From Trueperaceae bacterium (GTDB taxonomy: Bacteria > Deinococcota > Deinococci > Deinococcales > Trueperaceae), in assembly GCA_040905465.1 (NCBI GenBank), contig JBBDRK010000017.1, positions 8,208-72,207 of the forward strand: a stretch of DNA of 64,000 bases. The letters are read 5' to 3'. Below the pieces are notes generated by a model. The model saw nothing but the letters and a program-made list of their open reading frames with translations. It did no database searches and had not been told where the DNA came from. Of the stretch, positions 49,770-58,602 are shown piece by piece (within the stretch, counting starts at the first letter, position 1; every line of letters begins with the position of its first letter). The position numbers and the translations under genes were made by a program.

Positions 49770-50583
49770 ATGGAAACGCTACGTTCGCAATCCGCCGGCC
49801 GTAGCCGGTACCCTCATCTGCTTGGGCCTGATAGTCGTGGCTGTCTTCGCCCCGTCGATCGCACCCTACCCGCCCGATCAGATGCAGCTGGGTAACCGTC
49901 ACCTGCCTCCATCCCCCGGCCACTGGATGGGGACCGACTTCTTCGGCCGCGACATTCTCAGTCGAATTATCATGGGAAGCCGAATAACGGTAGCTGTCGG
50001 AATCATCGCCCTTGTCGCTCAGGCGGCCATCGGCATTCCCCTGGGCCTGGCCGCTGGGTATTTCAAGGGCCGAGTCGACATGGTGATAATGCGACTCACC
50101 GACATCTTCATGTCGTTTCCCACAATCTTGCTGGCCCTCGCGATCATGGCAGTCAGTGGCGGCGGCTTCTGGAATCTGATACTCGTCCTGAGCATCACCA
50201 GTTGGACGTCCTTCTCCAGGCTCGTCCGCTCTCAGGTCTTGACCCTGACCGAAAGAGACTTCGTGCAGAGCTCCCATGCCCTCGGCGCCCGTGACCTGCG
50301 CACCATCTTCCGGCACATTCTGCCCAACTGCATTCCGATAATCATCGTGCACGCGACCTTCGTCGTCGCCGTACCGATACTTGCCGAATCGTCTCTCAGC
50401 TTCCTGGGGCTCGGCCTGCCGCCCGAGACTTCCAGTTGGGGAGCGATGGCGGCGACCGGACGCGCCTACATACGCGAGGCTTGGTGGTCAGTTACCTTTC
50501 CCGGGCTGGCGATTGCCCTCGTGGTGCTGGGCACCAACCTACTCGGAGACGCCCTACGGGACGTTCTCGACCCGAAGATGTGA
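49762..50583 (+). CDS. Peptide ABC permease (DppC/OppC-like)
   Basis: HWMGTDFFGRDILSR, ESSLSFLGLG, GDALRDVLDPK. Confidence 0.92.
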   Translation: MAKWKRYVRNPPAVAGTLICLGLIVVAVFAPSIAPYPPDQMQLGNRHLPPSPGHWMGTDFFGRDILSRIIMGSRITVAVGIIALVAQAAIGIPLGLAAGYFKGRVDMVIMRLTDIFMSFPTILLALAIMAVSGGGFWNLILVLSITSWTSFSRLVRSQVLTLTERDFVQSSHALGARDLRTIFRHILPNCIPIIIVHATFVVAVPILAESSLSFLGLGLPPETSSWGAMAATGRAYIREAWWSVTFPGLAIALVVLGTNLLGDALRDVLDPKM

Positions 50584-50653
50584 TCTTCGGTACGAACAGT
50601 TGCACGCAAGTAGAAGATCCGACCTGCAGTCGGCAGATCGGGGAGAGGAACAG

Positions 50654-52240
50654 ATGTTTGACACGACAATAAGAAACGCGCTCATCGTCGACGGCACAGG
50701 GTCGCCGGCGTTCGAAGCGGATCTCGCGATTGAGGGCGGCCGTATCGCCGGGATCGGCACCGATCTGGCGGGTGGCAAGAGGGAGATAGACGCCGCCGGG
50801 CAGGTGGTGGCCCCCGGATTCATCGACATTCACTCGCATTCGGATTTCACTGTCCTCGTGGATCCGCTCTGTTCCAGCAAGATACGACAGGGAATTACCA
50901 CCGAGCTGAACGGCAACTGCGGATGGTCGGCGGCACCGTTGCGGGGTGAAGGTAAGAACTGGATCCAGGAAAAGGTCCGGCAACTGGGATTGGCGACGGA
51001 GTTCCCTTGGGACGACGTCAAAGGCTACCTGGACGCCCTCGAAGCGGCACGGCCGGCGATGAACATGGGAATCCTCGTCGGCTTCGGAAACCTGCGGGTG
51101 GGCGCCATGGGGTACGACGACCGTGCTGCAACCAACAGCGAGATCGGACTCATGCAGGCGGACCTGCGACAGGGGCTAGCCGACGGAGCGTTCGGGCTGT
51201 CGAGCGGCCTCTACTTCTCCCCGGAGAGCGCAGCCGAAGCAAGCGAGGTCGGCGCCGTCGCGAGCGTACTCCCGGAGTTCGGCGGCCTCTACACCGCCCA
51301 CATCCGCGACGAGGGCGCTCAATCGATAGGACTCCTGGCCGCTGTCGACGAGGCCATCGGAGTAGGGGTCGAAGCGGGTGTCCCTGTTCAGCTCTCGCAC
51401 CTGAAGGCGTTGGGACCGAAGGCCTGGGGACTGGCAGGCGCGGTCCTGCAACGGATGAATGAGGCCCGTGCCAACGGCGTAAACGTAGCGGGTGACCAGT
51501 ACCCCTACACCGAGACCGGGGGCAACCTCCACAGTGCCCTCGTCCCCAAGTGGGCGCTGGCAGGCGGAAGAGCAGGACTGACGAAACGGCTCGACGATCC
51601 CGGGGACAGGGGGCGTATTCGCGAGGCCGTCAGCGGACTCTTTCCGCTCCGGGGAGGTCCCAGCCGTCTGATGGTGCGCGCCTGCGCCTTCGACCGATCC
51701 TTGCAGGGCTCGACGATCAACGAGATCGCTGAAGACTGGAAGATTGCCCCGGAAGACGTCGTGCTGAAAATGCTGGAGCACGAGAACGTCAAGCTCATCT
51801 CGATGGCGTTGGACGAAGACGACGTGGAAACGTTCATGAAGGACCCGAACGTGATGATCTCCTCGGATGGCATGGTGCTGGCCGATACCGGTGTCCTCAG
51901 CGAAGTGCATACCCACCCGCGAACCTACGGAGCCTTCCCTCGAGTGCTGGCCGAGTACGTGCGCAAGCGCTCGGTCCTCACGCTGGAGAACGCCATACAC
52001 AAGATGACCGGTCTCCCGGCGCGCCGCCTGGGGTTGGACGGGCGCGGCGAACTCCGGGAAGGCAACTGGGCGGACATCGTGATCCTGTCCGCGGAGGAAA
52101 TTCAGGACCTGGCGACGCTACAGCGGCCTCATGTCTACCCGCGGGGAATCCAGCATGTCATCGTCAATGGGGTCATCGCCGTCGAAAACGGTATGCAGAA
52201 CACGGCGAGCGGCGGCCAGGTGCTACGCCATGCGGCTTGA
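50654..52240 (+). CDS. N-acyl-D-amino-acid deacylase family amidohydrolase 1
   Basis: PGFIDIHSHSD, GNCG, HIRDE, SHLK, DQYPY, HPRTYGAFPRVL. Confidence 0.9.
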   Translation: MFDTTIRNALIVDGTGSPAFEADLAIEGGRIAGIGTDLAGGKREIDAAGQVVAPGFIDIHSHSDFTVLVDPLCSSKIRQGITTELNGNCGWSAAPLRGEGKNWIQEKVRQLGLATEFPWDDVKGYLDALEAARPAMNMGILVGFGNLRVGAMGYDDRAATNSEIGLMQADLRQGLADGAFGLSSGLYFSPESAAEASEVGAVASVLPEFGGLYTAHIRDEGAQSIGLLAAVDEAIGVGVEAGVPVQLSHLKALGPKAWGLAGAVLQRMNEARANGVNVAGDQYPYTETGGNLHSALVPKWALAGGRAGLTKRLDDPGDRGRIREAVSGLFPLRGGPSRLMVRACAFDRSLQGSTINEIAEDWKIAPEDVVLKMLEHENVKLISMALDEDDVETFMKDPNVMISSDGMVLADTGVLSEVHTHPRTYGAFPRVLAEYVRKRSVLTLENAIHKMTGLPARRLGLDGRGELREGNWADIVILSAEEIQDLATLQRPHVYPRGIQHVIVNGVIAVENGMQNTASGGQVLRHAA

Positions 52241-52297
52241 AGTCCGCTACGACCCACTTGGTTCGACCACGACCAGCAGCCTCCGAAGGAGCATGAG

Positions 52298-53011
52298 ATG
52301 AGTCAGGCACTGCCGGCGTTTCGCATCGAGCTGCGTGACAACCACGTAGAGGCCGACCTGCTCGACAAGCTCCGTCGGTTTCCGACGGCTCTCCTCTCCG
52401 ACGCGATGTTCAAGCTCAACACCCTCGACTACCGGGTCAAACCGGTATGGCAGGTCCCCTATGTCCTGGGCGGACCGGCGTTGACGGTAAGGGTTCGGCC
52501 CGGCGACAACGCGATGTGCATGAAGGCTATCGAGCTCGCCCAAGTCGGCGACGTCATCGTCGTCCAGGACCATTGGGACACCACCCATTCCATCTGGGGC
52601 GGGATAATGAGCCTGCTGGCCAAGAAGAAGGGCATCGCCGGACTTGTGACGGACGGGCTGGTCCGGGACACCGCCCAGATGCGAAACGCGGACTTCCCCG
52701 TCTGGGCCAGGGGAACTACGCCCATCGCACCCTGCCGCAACGTGCCTCCCGGACAGATCGGAACGCAGATCGTTTGCGGCAACACCGCCATCAACAGTGG
52801 CGATGTAGTGGTGGCCGACGAAGACGGCGTGGTGGTCGTGCCACGGAACGAGATTGCCGACGTCATAGCCGAAGCTGAAGCGCGCGAAGCCAAAGAGGAC
52901 AAGTGGATCGAGCAGATCGAAAGGGGAGAGATGATCCTCGTCGACGCCGCCAACGAGCTGCTGGAGCGGAATGGCTGCGCGACAATCGACATGCGAGGCG
53001 GTAAATCGTGA
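52298..53011 (+). CDS. RraA/HMG-aldolase family protein
   Basis: TALLSDAM, GPALTV, WGGIM, DGLVRD, GDVVVADEDGVV. Confidence 0.88.
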   Translation: MSQALPAFRIELRDNHVEADLLDKLRRFPTALLSDAMFKLNTLDYRVKPVWQVPYVLGGPALTVRVRPGDNAMCMKAIELAQVGDVIVVQDHWDTTHSIWGGIMSLLAKKKGIAGLVTDGLVRDTAQMRNADFPVWARGTTPIAPCRNVPPGQIGTQIVCGNTAINSGDVVVADEDGVVVVPRNEIADVIAEAEAREAKEDKWIEQIERGEMILVDAANELLERNGCATIDMRGGKS

Positions 53012-53796
53012 GGACGAACGAGCTCGCGCGAATGAGTTGGCCCGAAGCCGGGGAGGCTTTCCGTCAGGATCCGGTGGTGCTGATACCGATGGGCACCATC
53101 GAACAGCACGGACCGCACCTGCCGATGGCGGCGGACACGATAGTGGCGGAAACCGTCGCGCTTGCCGCGGCGTCGTCGACCGCGAGCGTGCTGACGCCGG
53201 CGATTCCTTTCGGCTACTGCGCCAACTCCCGGAACTTTCCCGGTACGGTCACTCTGCCCTCGCAGTTGCTCGCCGAGCTGGTGCAGCATACGATCGGAAG
53301 CCTCGCCCAGCACGGTGCGCGCCGGTTCATACTCGTCAACAACCATCGCAGCAACGCCGCGGCCGTCCAACACGGCGCCTACGAGCTCCGCTCGCGCAGG
53401 GACCTGCTGATCGGTTCCTTCTTTCCCTGGGGAACGATGATAGCCATCGCTCGTCAACGGTTCCCCGATCTCGGCGAGGCGATCGGGCACGGGGGCGAGC
53501 CGGAATCGAGCGTGATGGCTCATCTGCGGCCCAGAGACATCGGTACGGTTGCCGACGGCACCGCCCGCTCCTACTCGGACTTCCAGGGGCTGCCGATGAA
53601 GAGTGCGTCCGAAACGTTCATCGACGGTCATGTGGTGAACCTGTTCCGGGACCTGGATGAACTGACTCCATCCGGGGTGAACGGAGACCCGACCCAGGGC
53701 GATGCCGACCGTGGGGCGGAGTTGCTGGAGCGCACCACACAGGTTCTCGTCTCGTTCATCGAAAAGTTTGCAGCCCTGAACCTGCGGCAGGCCTGA
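53008..53796 (+). CDS. Creatininase family amidohydrolase
   Basis: PMGTIEQHGPHLPMAAD, FPGT, NNH, HGGEPES, SGVNGDP. Confidence 0.88.
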   Translation: MRTNELARMSWPEAGEAFRQDPVVLIPMGTIEQHGPHLPMAADTIVAETVALAAASSTASVLTPAIPFGYCANSRNFPGTVTLPSQLLAELVQHTIGSLAQHGARRFILVNNHRSNAAAVQHGAYELRSRRDLLIGSFFPWGTMIAIARQRFPDLGEAIGHGGEPESSVMAHLRPRDIGTVADGTARSYSDFQGLPMKSASETFIDGHVVNLFRDLDELTPSGVNGDPTQGDADRGAELLERTTQVLVSFIEKFAALNLRQA

Positions 53797-53816
53797 AGTG
53801 CCGCAGCGGAGGCAAA

Positions 53817-55382
53817 ATGCTCGATACCCTCTTTAAGGACACCCGAATCGTGGACGGCTCAGGCAATCCCTGGTTCCGCGGGGACGTGGGCGTGGACGCC
53901 GGCAGGATCTCAGCCGTAGGAGACCTGACCGGATCATCTGCCCGCTCGGTCGTCGACGCACACGATTCCTATCTGACGCCGGGATTCATCGATGTCCACA
54001 CTCACTCGGACTTTTCCTTGCCCGCCTTCCCGCGGGCGGAGAGCCTGATATCCCAGGGAATCACGACCGAAATCGTCGGCAACTGCGGGCTCACGCCTCA
54101 CCCCGTCGGCCCCGACCGCCTCGATCTGATCCAGAAGTACACGGCCTTCCTGGGCGCGAAAATGCCCTGGGACTGGTCCTCCACCGCCGAATTCCTCGGT
54201 TACCTCGAGTCGTTGCCGCTCAGCCACGACGTCGTGACCCTCGTCGGGCACGGGAGCATCCGGGTAGCCGTAATGGGATTCGACGACCGCGCGCCCACCG
54301 CCGGCGAGCTCGACCTGATGAAGAAGTACGTGGGCCAAGCCATGGAGGCCGGTGCCGCCGGGCTCTCTTCCGGCCTCATCTATGCTCCAGGGAGCTCCGC
54401 CGCCAGCGATGAACTGAGTGAGCTGTGCTCCGTGGTTCGCCGCTTTCGTGGCATCTATACCACCCACCTTCGAGACGAGTCCACAGGCTTGATGTCCGCC
54501 GTCGAAGAGGCGCTGCAGATCGGCAAGAGTGCTGGAGTGCCGGTCCAGTTCTCGCACCACAAGGTGATGGGCGAGGCGAACTGGGGGTTGGTGCGGGAGA
54601 GCCTGGCGCGAATCGACCGGGCCCGGCGTGAGGGCCAGGACGTGACCCTCGACCAGTACCCTTACACCGGCTCGAGCACCACCTTCTCCGTCTTCCTTCC
54701 CGGCTGGGCGCTGGAAGGGGGCGTCGCGCGCCTGCTCGAGCGCCTCGGCGAGGAGGAGACCCGGCGTCGGATCGCCTTGGCCGCTCAAGGCACTGACTGG
54801 AGCCAGGTTCTGATCGCCGGACTCGCCAGAGCCGAGCACAAGGAGTACGAGGGGCTGAGCATCCACCAGTTGGGAGCGGCATTGGGCAAGGATCCGTTCG
54901 AAGCGGCCCTGGAACTGACTCTTGCCGAGGAAGGTCCCTTCTCGATCGTTCGCTTCGGCATGGCCGAGCAGGACGTGAAGTACGTCATGCGGCACCCGCA
55001 TGTGATGGTGGCCAGCGACGGCCACGCAATGTCACCCGAGCTGGGAGGCAAACCGCATCCCCGTAGCTACGGGACCTTCCCCCGGGTCCTCGGACGCTAT
55101 ACCGATGCACTGGGTGGGCTCAGTCTGGAAGAGAGCGTGCGGAAGATGACCTCCCTGCCGGCCCAGCGCTTCGGGCTGTGGGACCGTGGACTGATTCGGC
55201 CGGGCCAGCGCGCCGACCTCAACATGCTCAGCCCGACGATTTCGGATACCGCCACCTTCAACGACGCCCACTCCTACAGCCGCGGCGTCGAAAGCGTGCT
55301 GGTCAATGGCGAGCTTGTCTGGAACGAAGGTGGCGATACCGGTGCACGAGTCGGGAGGGTGGTCCGGAGTAGCCGTGCCTGA
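53817..55382 (+). CDS. N-acyl-D-amino-acid deacylase family amidohydrolase 2
   Basis: PGFIDVHTHSD, GNCG, HLRDE, SHHK, DQYPY, HPRSYGTFPRVL. Confidence 0.9.
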   Translation: MLDTLFKDTRIVDGSGNPWFRGDVGVDAGRISAVGDLTGSSARSVVDAHDSYLTPGFIDVHTHSDFSLPAFPRAESLISQGITTEIVGNCGLTPHPVGPDRLDLIQKYTAFLGAKMPWDWSSTAEFLGYLESLPLSHDVVTLVGHGSIRVAVMGFDDRAPTAGELDLMKKYVGQAMEAGAAGLSSGLIYAPGSSAASDELSELCSVVRRFRGIYTTHLRDESTGLMSAVEEALQIGKSAGVPVQFSHHKVMGEANWGLVRESLARIDRARREGQDVTLDQYPYTGSSTTFSVFLPGWALEGGVARLLERLGEEETRRRIALAAQGTDWSQVLIAGLARAEHKEYEGLSIHQLGAALGKDPFEAALELTLAEEGPFSIVRFGMAEQDVKYVMRHPHVMVASDGHAMSPELGGKPHPRSYGTFPRVLGRYTDALGGLSLEESVRKMTSLPAQRFGLWDRGLIRPGQRADLNMLSPTISDTATFNDAHSYSRGVESVLVNGELVWNEGGDTGARVGRVVRSSRA

Positions 55383-55403
55383 GCCCGGGAGCGAGGAGTA
55401 CTC

Positions 55404-56225
55404 TTGAGCCGAGCTGAGTTCTGGAGCCGATTGCGCCACGACATCGAGCGGCGGGTCGACGCCTTCGACGGAGTCGCCGGGGTAGCACTCGCCGACCTTT
55501 CCTCCGGTGAGCGGTTGGAGGTGAGAGGGGCGGAGCGGTTCCCTTCCGCCTCGACGATCAAGATCCACCTGCTCGCGGCCCTCGTGCAACTACACCAGGA
55601 CGGTGTTGTCGACCTCGACGAGCGTGTCCGGGTCACGGGCGGGGTGCCTGGATCCGCGGTCCTCGGTTGCCTCGACGATCTCGTCGAGCTCACATGGCGT
55701 GATGTCGCCAACCTGATGATCATGGTTTCCGACAACACCGCTACCAACTTGATCATCGACCACATCGGCCTGGAGCGGATGGCGGAGTTTCTCGAGTTGT
55801 GGCAGTTGGGGAACACCGTTGTGGCCCGGAAGATGCAAGACGCCCGAGCGGTAGCCGCCGGCCTGGAGAACCTTGCGAGTCCGCTCGACACCCTTTCGCT
55901 GCTGGAACGACTCAGCTCGGGAGCCGGCTTTTCCACGGGCGTGGCAGAGGAATGCCTGCGGATCCTGAAGAAGCCGAAGAAGAGCCCGTTTCGCTCGGCC
56001 TTGCCGGCCTCCGTCGAGATGGCGAACAAACCGGGCGCCTTGCCGCGCGTTCAGTGTGAGGCGGCGATCGTGTACCTGCCCCGCCGGCCGTTCGGTCTCG
56101 TAATCATGTCGAGTTTCGGCCCCGTGGACCCCCGCGAGCAGACCTATTGGCTAACCGGTCTCGCCCGTTCGATATTCGACGCCATGGCGGTTCTCGACGC
56201 TTGCACGGAACATGGGCGAGGGTAG
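55404..56225 (+). CDS. Class A beta-lactamase-like serine hydrolase (no signal peptide)
   Basis: FPSASTIK (SxxK), SDNTATN, NKPG. Confidence 0.85.
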   Translation: MSRAEFWSRLRHDIERRVDAFDGVAGVALADLSSGERLEVRGAERFPSASTIKIHLLAALVQLHQDGVVDLDERVRVTGGVPGSAVLGCLDDLVELTWRDVANLMIMVSDNTATNLIIDHIGLERMAEFLELWQLGNTVVARKMQDARAVAAGLENLASPLDTLSLLERLSSGAGFSTGVAEECLRILKKPKKSPFRSALPASVEMANKPGALPRVQCEAAIVYLPRRPFGLVIMSSFGPVDPREQTYWLTGLARSIFDAMAVLDACTEHGRG

Positions 56226-56308
56226 TTAGCCTCCGTATTCCGTCTTCGCCGCCATTTCGACCCAAAGTGGTCTCTCCAGGCGCACAAGCTTTGAGTCGGA
56301 TGCAGTAG

Positions 56309-56431
56309 CGCGACGCGCTTCACCTGGCAATCGCCGGCAGCCGCAAGCTCACCCTTAACACGCTCGACAAGACGCTTCTCGACACAGCCAACGTCCTCGG
56401 CGTTCCCGCGACCGACGCGAACATACCGTAG
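56309..56431 (+). pseudogene. C-terminal remnant of a VapC/PIN toxin
   Basis: Own translation: RDALHLAIAGSRKLTLNTLDKTLLDTANVLGVP. Confidence 0.6.
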
Positions 56432-56555
56432 ATGAACGCAACCGCCCAAGGCCTGCAAGTAAGTGGGGAGGAGCACCCACAATTACAGGTCTGATGGCCT
56501 GGCGTCGTTCTCGTGGTCGAGAGAGGCGTCAGCTGGGCGTCGATTGCCGGTTTGC

Positions 56556-57422
56556 CTAGCTTGGGGCCAGCCGCAGACTGGCCAACGCCCGTTCGATGGG
56601 CACATCCCTACGCTCGCGGTTCAGGACGTAGCTGACATGGGTGTAACCGGCTGCCAGTAGGTGACGGTAAGCCTCGTCGTAGCGGTCCGCGACCCGTTGC
56701 GGAACGTGCGCGTCGGCACCCACGACCACCGGAATGCCGCGCTCATGCATCTCGGACAGTATTCGCGGGCTGGGGTTCATCTCCGGGATCGCCTTGTTGA
56801 GACCCGAGGTGTTGAGTTCCATGGCGATGCCGGTGGCGGCGATGCGGTCCAGGCTGCGCAGGATGTGCCCTTCCACCCGACGGTAGTCCCACTCATCGGG
56901 AGCGATATTCTTGACCAGATCGGGGTGGGAGAGCGAATCGTAAAGGCCGGACTCGGCGGCGGCAACCAGGTGATCGAAATAGGTCATCTGGAACTCGAGC
57001 GCATTGCCGGTCCAGAACGCCTCCCGGTACTCGCTCATCTGAGGATGAACGGAACCGAGGATGTAGTCGAACTCGGCGGAGGCGAACTGGCGCTCGAGCC
57101 AGGCCTCCATTCCCGGAACGAAGTCGCCCTCGAGTCCGAGGCGCACTTCGACGATCCCGGCCATCGACTCGCGCGCTTGCGCCACCATCTCCAGGTACTG
57201 GCCGAACTGCTCGAGCGCCATTCGCGAACTGCTGGCGTAACCGCCCGGCAAGGGATTATGGCAGGTGACGATTATCCCCTTGAGCCCTCGTTCGCGAGCC
57301 ACGTCGGCGTATTCGGCGGGTGTACCGGTGGCATGGTTGCACAAGGGTGTGTGCATGTGGGTTTCGTAGACGAGCGGTTCGGCTGGGGTGGGGTCAGCGG
57401 TGATCGCGGAGCGTCCTTGCAT
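56556..57422 (-). CDS. PHP-family histidinol-phosphatase (HisJ/HisK-like)
   Basis: HMHTPLCNHA, DYILGSVH, HPDLVK, ELNTSG, GADAH; start uncertain. Confidence 0.85.
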   Translation of the reverse strand: MQGRSAITADPTPAEPLVYETHMHTPLCNHATGTPAEYADVARERGLKGIIVTCHNPLPGGYASSSRMALEQFGQYLEMVAQARESMAGIVEVRLGLEGDFVPGMEAWLERQFASAEFDYILGSVHPQMSEYREAFWTGNALEFQMTYFDHLVAAAESGLYDSLSHPDLVKNIAPDEWDYRRVEGHILRSLDRIAATGIAMELNTSGLNKAIPEMNPSPRILSEMHERGIPVVVGADAHVPQRVADRYDEAYRHLLAAGYTHVSYVLNRERRDVPIERALASLRLAPS

Positions 57423-57610
57423 ATAGGGAAGGATACGACGAGTGGCCATCGCGGCCCGTTCAGCGCGCGAACTTGAGGTGCGTGACCTCCTGGGCTGGGG
57501 CGGAGCCGACCGGAGCTGCCGGGCGCCAATGGCCTGGGTTCCTTCAAGGAGGAGTTTCGGCAGAGCGTATGGAGAATCCGGCATGTCGGAAATCGAGCTA
57601 ATCTGCCCAT

Positions 57611-57877
57611 ATGGACGTAGTGAAGCTCGGCAAGAAGGGACAGGTCAGTATCCCCAAGAGAATCCTGAGTGAGTTGGGACTCGAAGGGGACTCTATGCTG
57701 ATCGTGGATAGTACCGATGACGGCGCTATCTTGCTGCGCCCCGCCGGTGTATATCCCATCGAGACGTACAGCGATGAGCGGATTCGGAAGTTCCTGGAAG
57801 CCAATACCATGACACCGGAGGAAGAGGCGCGGGTAAGCGCCAAGCTTGATCAACTCAGGTCCGCTCGGGTGGAGTAG
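57611..57877 (+). CDS. AbrB/MazE/SpoVT-type antitoxin
   Basis: VKLGKKGQVSIPKRIL; TAATCT 6 nt before ATG; TCCG-N6-CGGA at 57577-57590. Confidence 0.88.
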   Translation: MDVVKLGKKGQVSIPKRILSELGLEGDSMLIVDSTDDGAILLRPAGVYPIETYSDERIRKFLEANTMTPEEEARVSAKLDQLRSARVE

Positions 57878-57884
57878 CTGCCGA

Positions 57885-58313
57885 TTGCTCCTCTCTCTGG
57901 ACGCCAACGTGCTCTTTGCCGCTGCATTCAATCCCGAGGGACGAGTGCAGCGGCTTTTCGACCTCGCCGAACTCAAGGCGTGCGATCTCCTCAGTTCGGC
58001 CTTCGCAATCGAGGAAGCCAGACGTAACCTTACGGTAAAGAGGCCAAAGGCGCTGGAGCGGTACAAGGACCGGTTGCGATTGGTCTCGATGACCGTCGAG
58101 CCAGCCGCGGAACTGATTGCTCAGATGGCGCAACACGTGCCGGCCAACGACGCACCGATACTCGCGGGCGCGATCGCAGCTCGTGCCGACGTACTGGTAA
58201 CGGGAGATCGGCGGCACTTCGGTGACTCTTATGGTCGGTCGATCGGCGGCGTGCTTGTCCTCACTCCACGCGAGGCCCTAGCCCAGGTGATCGGCGAAAC
58301 CGCGCCTCGCTGA
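57885..58313 (+). CDS. vapC: PIN-domain toxin (VapC-like)
   Basis: LDANVLF, IEEARRNL, DAPILAGA, LVTGDRRHFG; start uncertain. Confidence 0.8.
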   Translation: MLLSLDANVLFAAAFNPEGRVQRLFDLAELKACDLLSSAFAIEEARRNLTVKRPKALERYKDRLRLVSMTVEPAAELIAQMAQHVPANDAPILAGAIAARADVLVTGDRRHFGDSYGRSIGGVLVLTPREALAQVIGETAPR

Positions 58314-58490
58314 CCAGAGCGAAGTGGAATACCGGGAAGTCGCCGTGCGCTGCCTTCCCCGAGTCGATCCACCGTAGGTAGCCGAGATCAAGTAGGTCAG
58401 GTCGCCAGGCCGCTCTCCACCGACTGTTCGCTGTTTGCATGTCTTCTGACTTGCGCTGACCGGCGGAGAGAGCCGTCCCGACGGTGCTCC

Positions 58491-58535
58491 TTGACCTACG
58501 TCGCCACTTCAGATAATCTCATGACAGCGCTAACA
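58491..58535 (+). promoter_or_regulatory. sigma70-like promoter plus LacI-type operator of the LarA-family operon
   Basis: TTGACC-N17-TAATCT; TGACAGCGCTAACA at 58522-58535. Confidence 0.7.
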
Positions 58536-58602
58536 GGAACGAGTAAGACTCTCGGCCGGAGCGATGGGGCGGTAACCGCTTCGCGCTCGAAAGGGGAATC
58601 GC

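Noticed and set aside
55404-56225. Clinically relevant beta-lactam resistance gene
   Set aside because: No signal peptide, KPG instead of KTG, and a catabolic operon context; only fold-level similarity is supportable.
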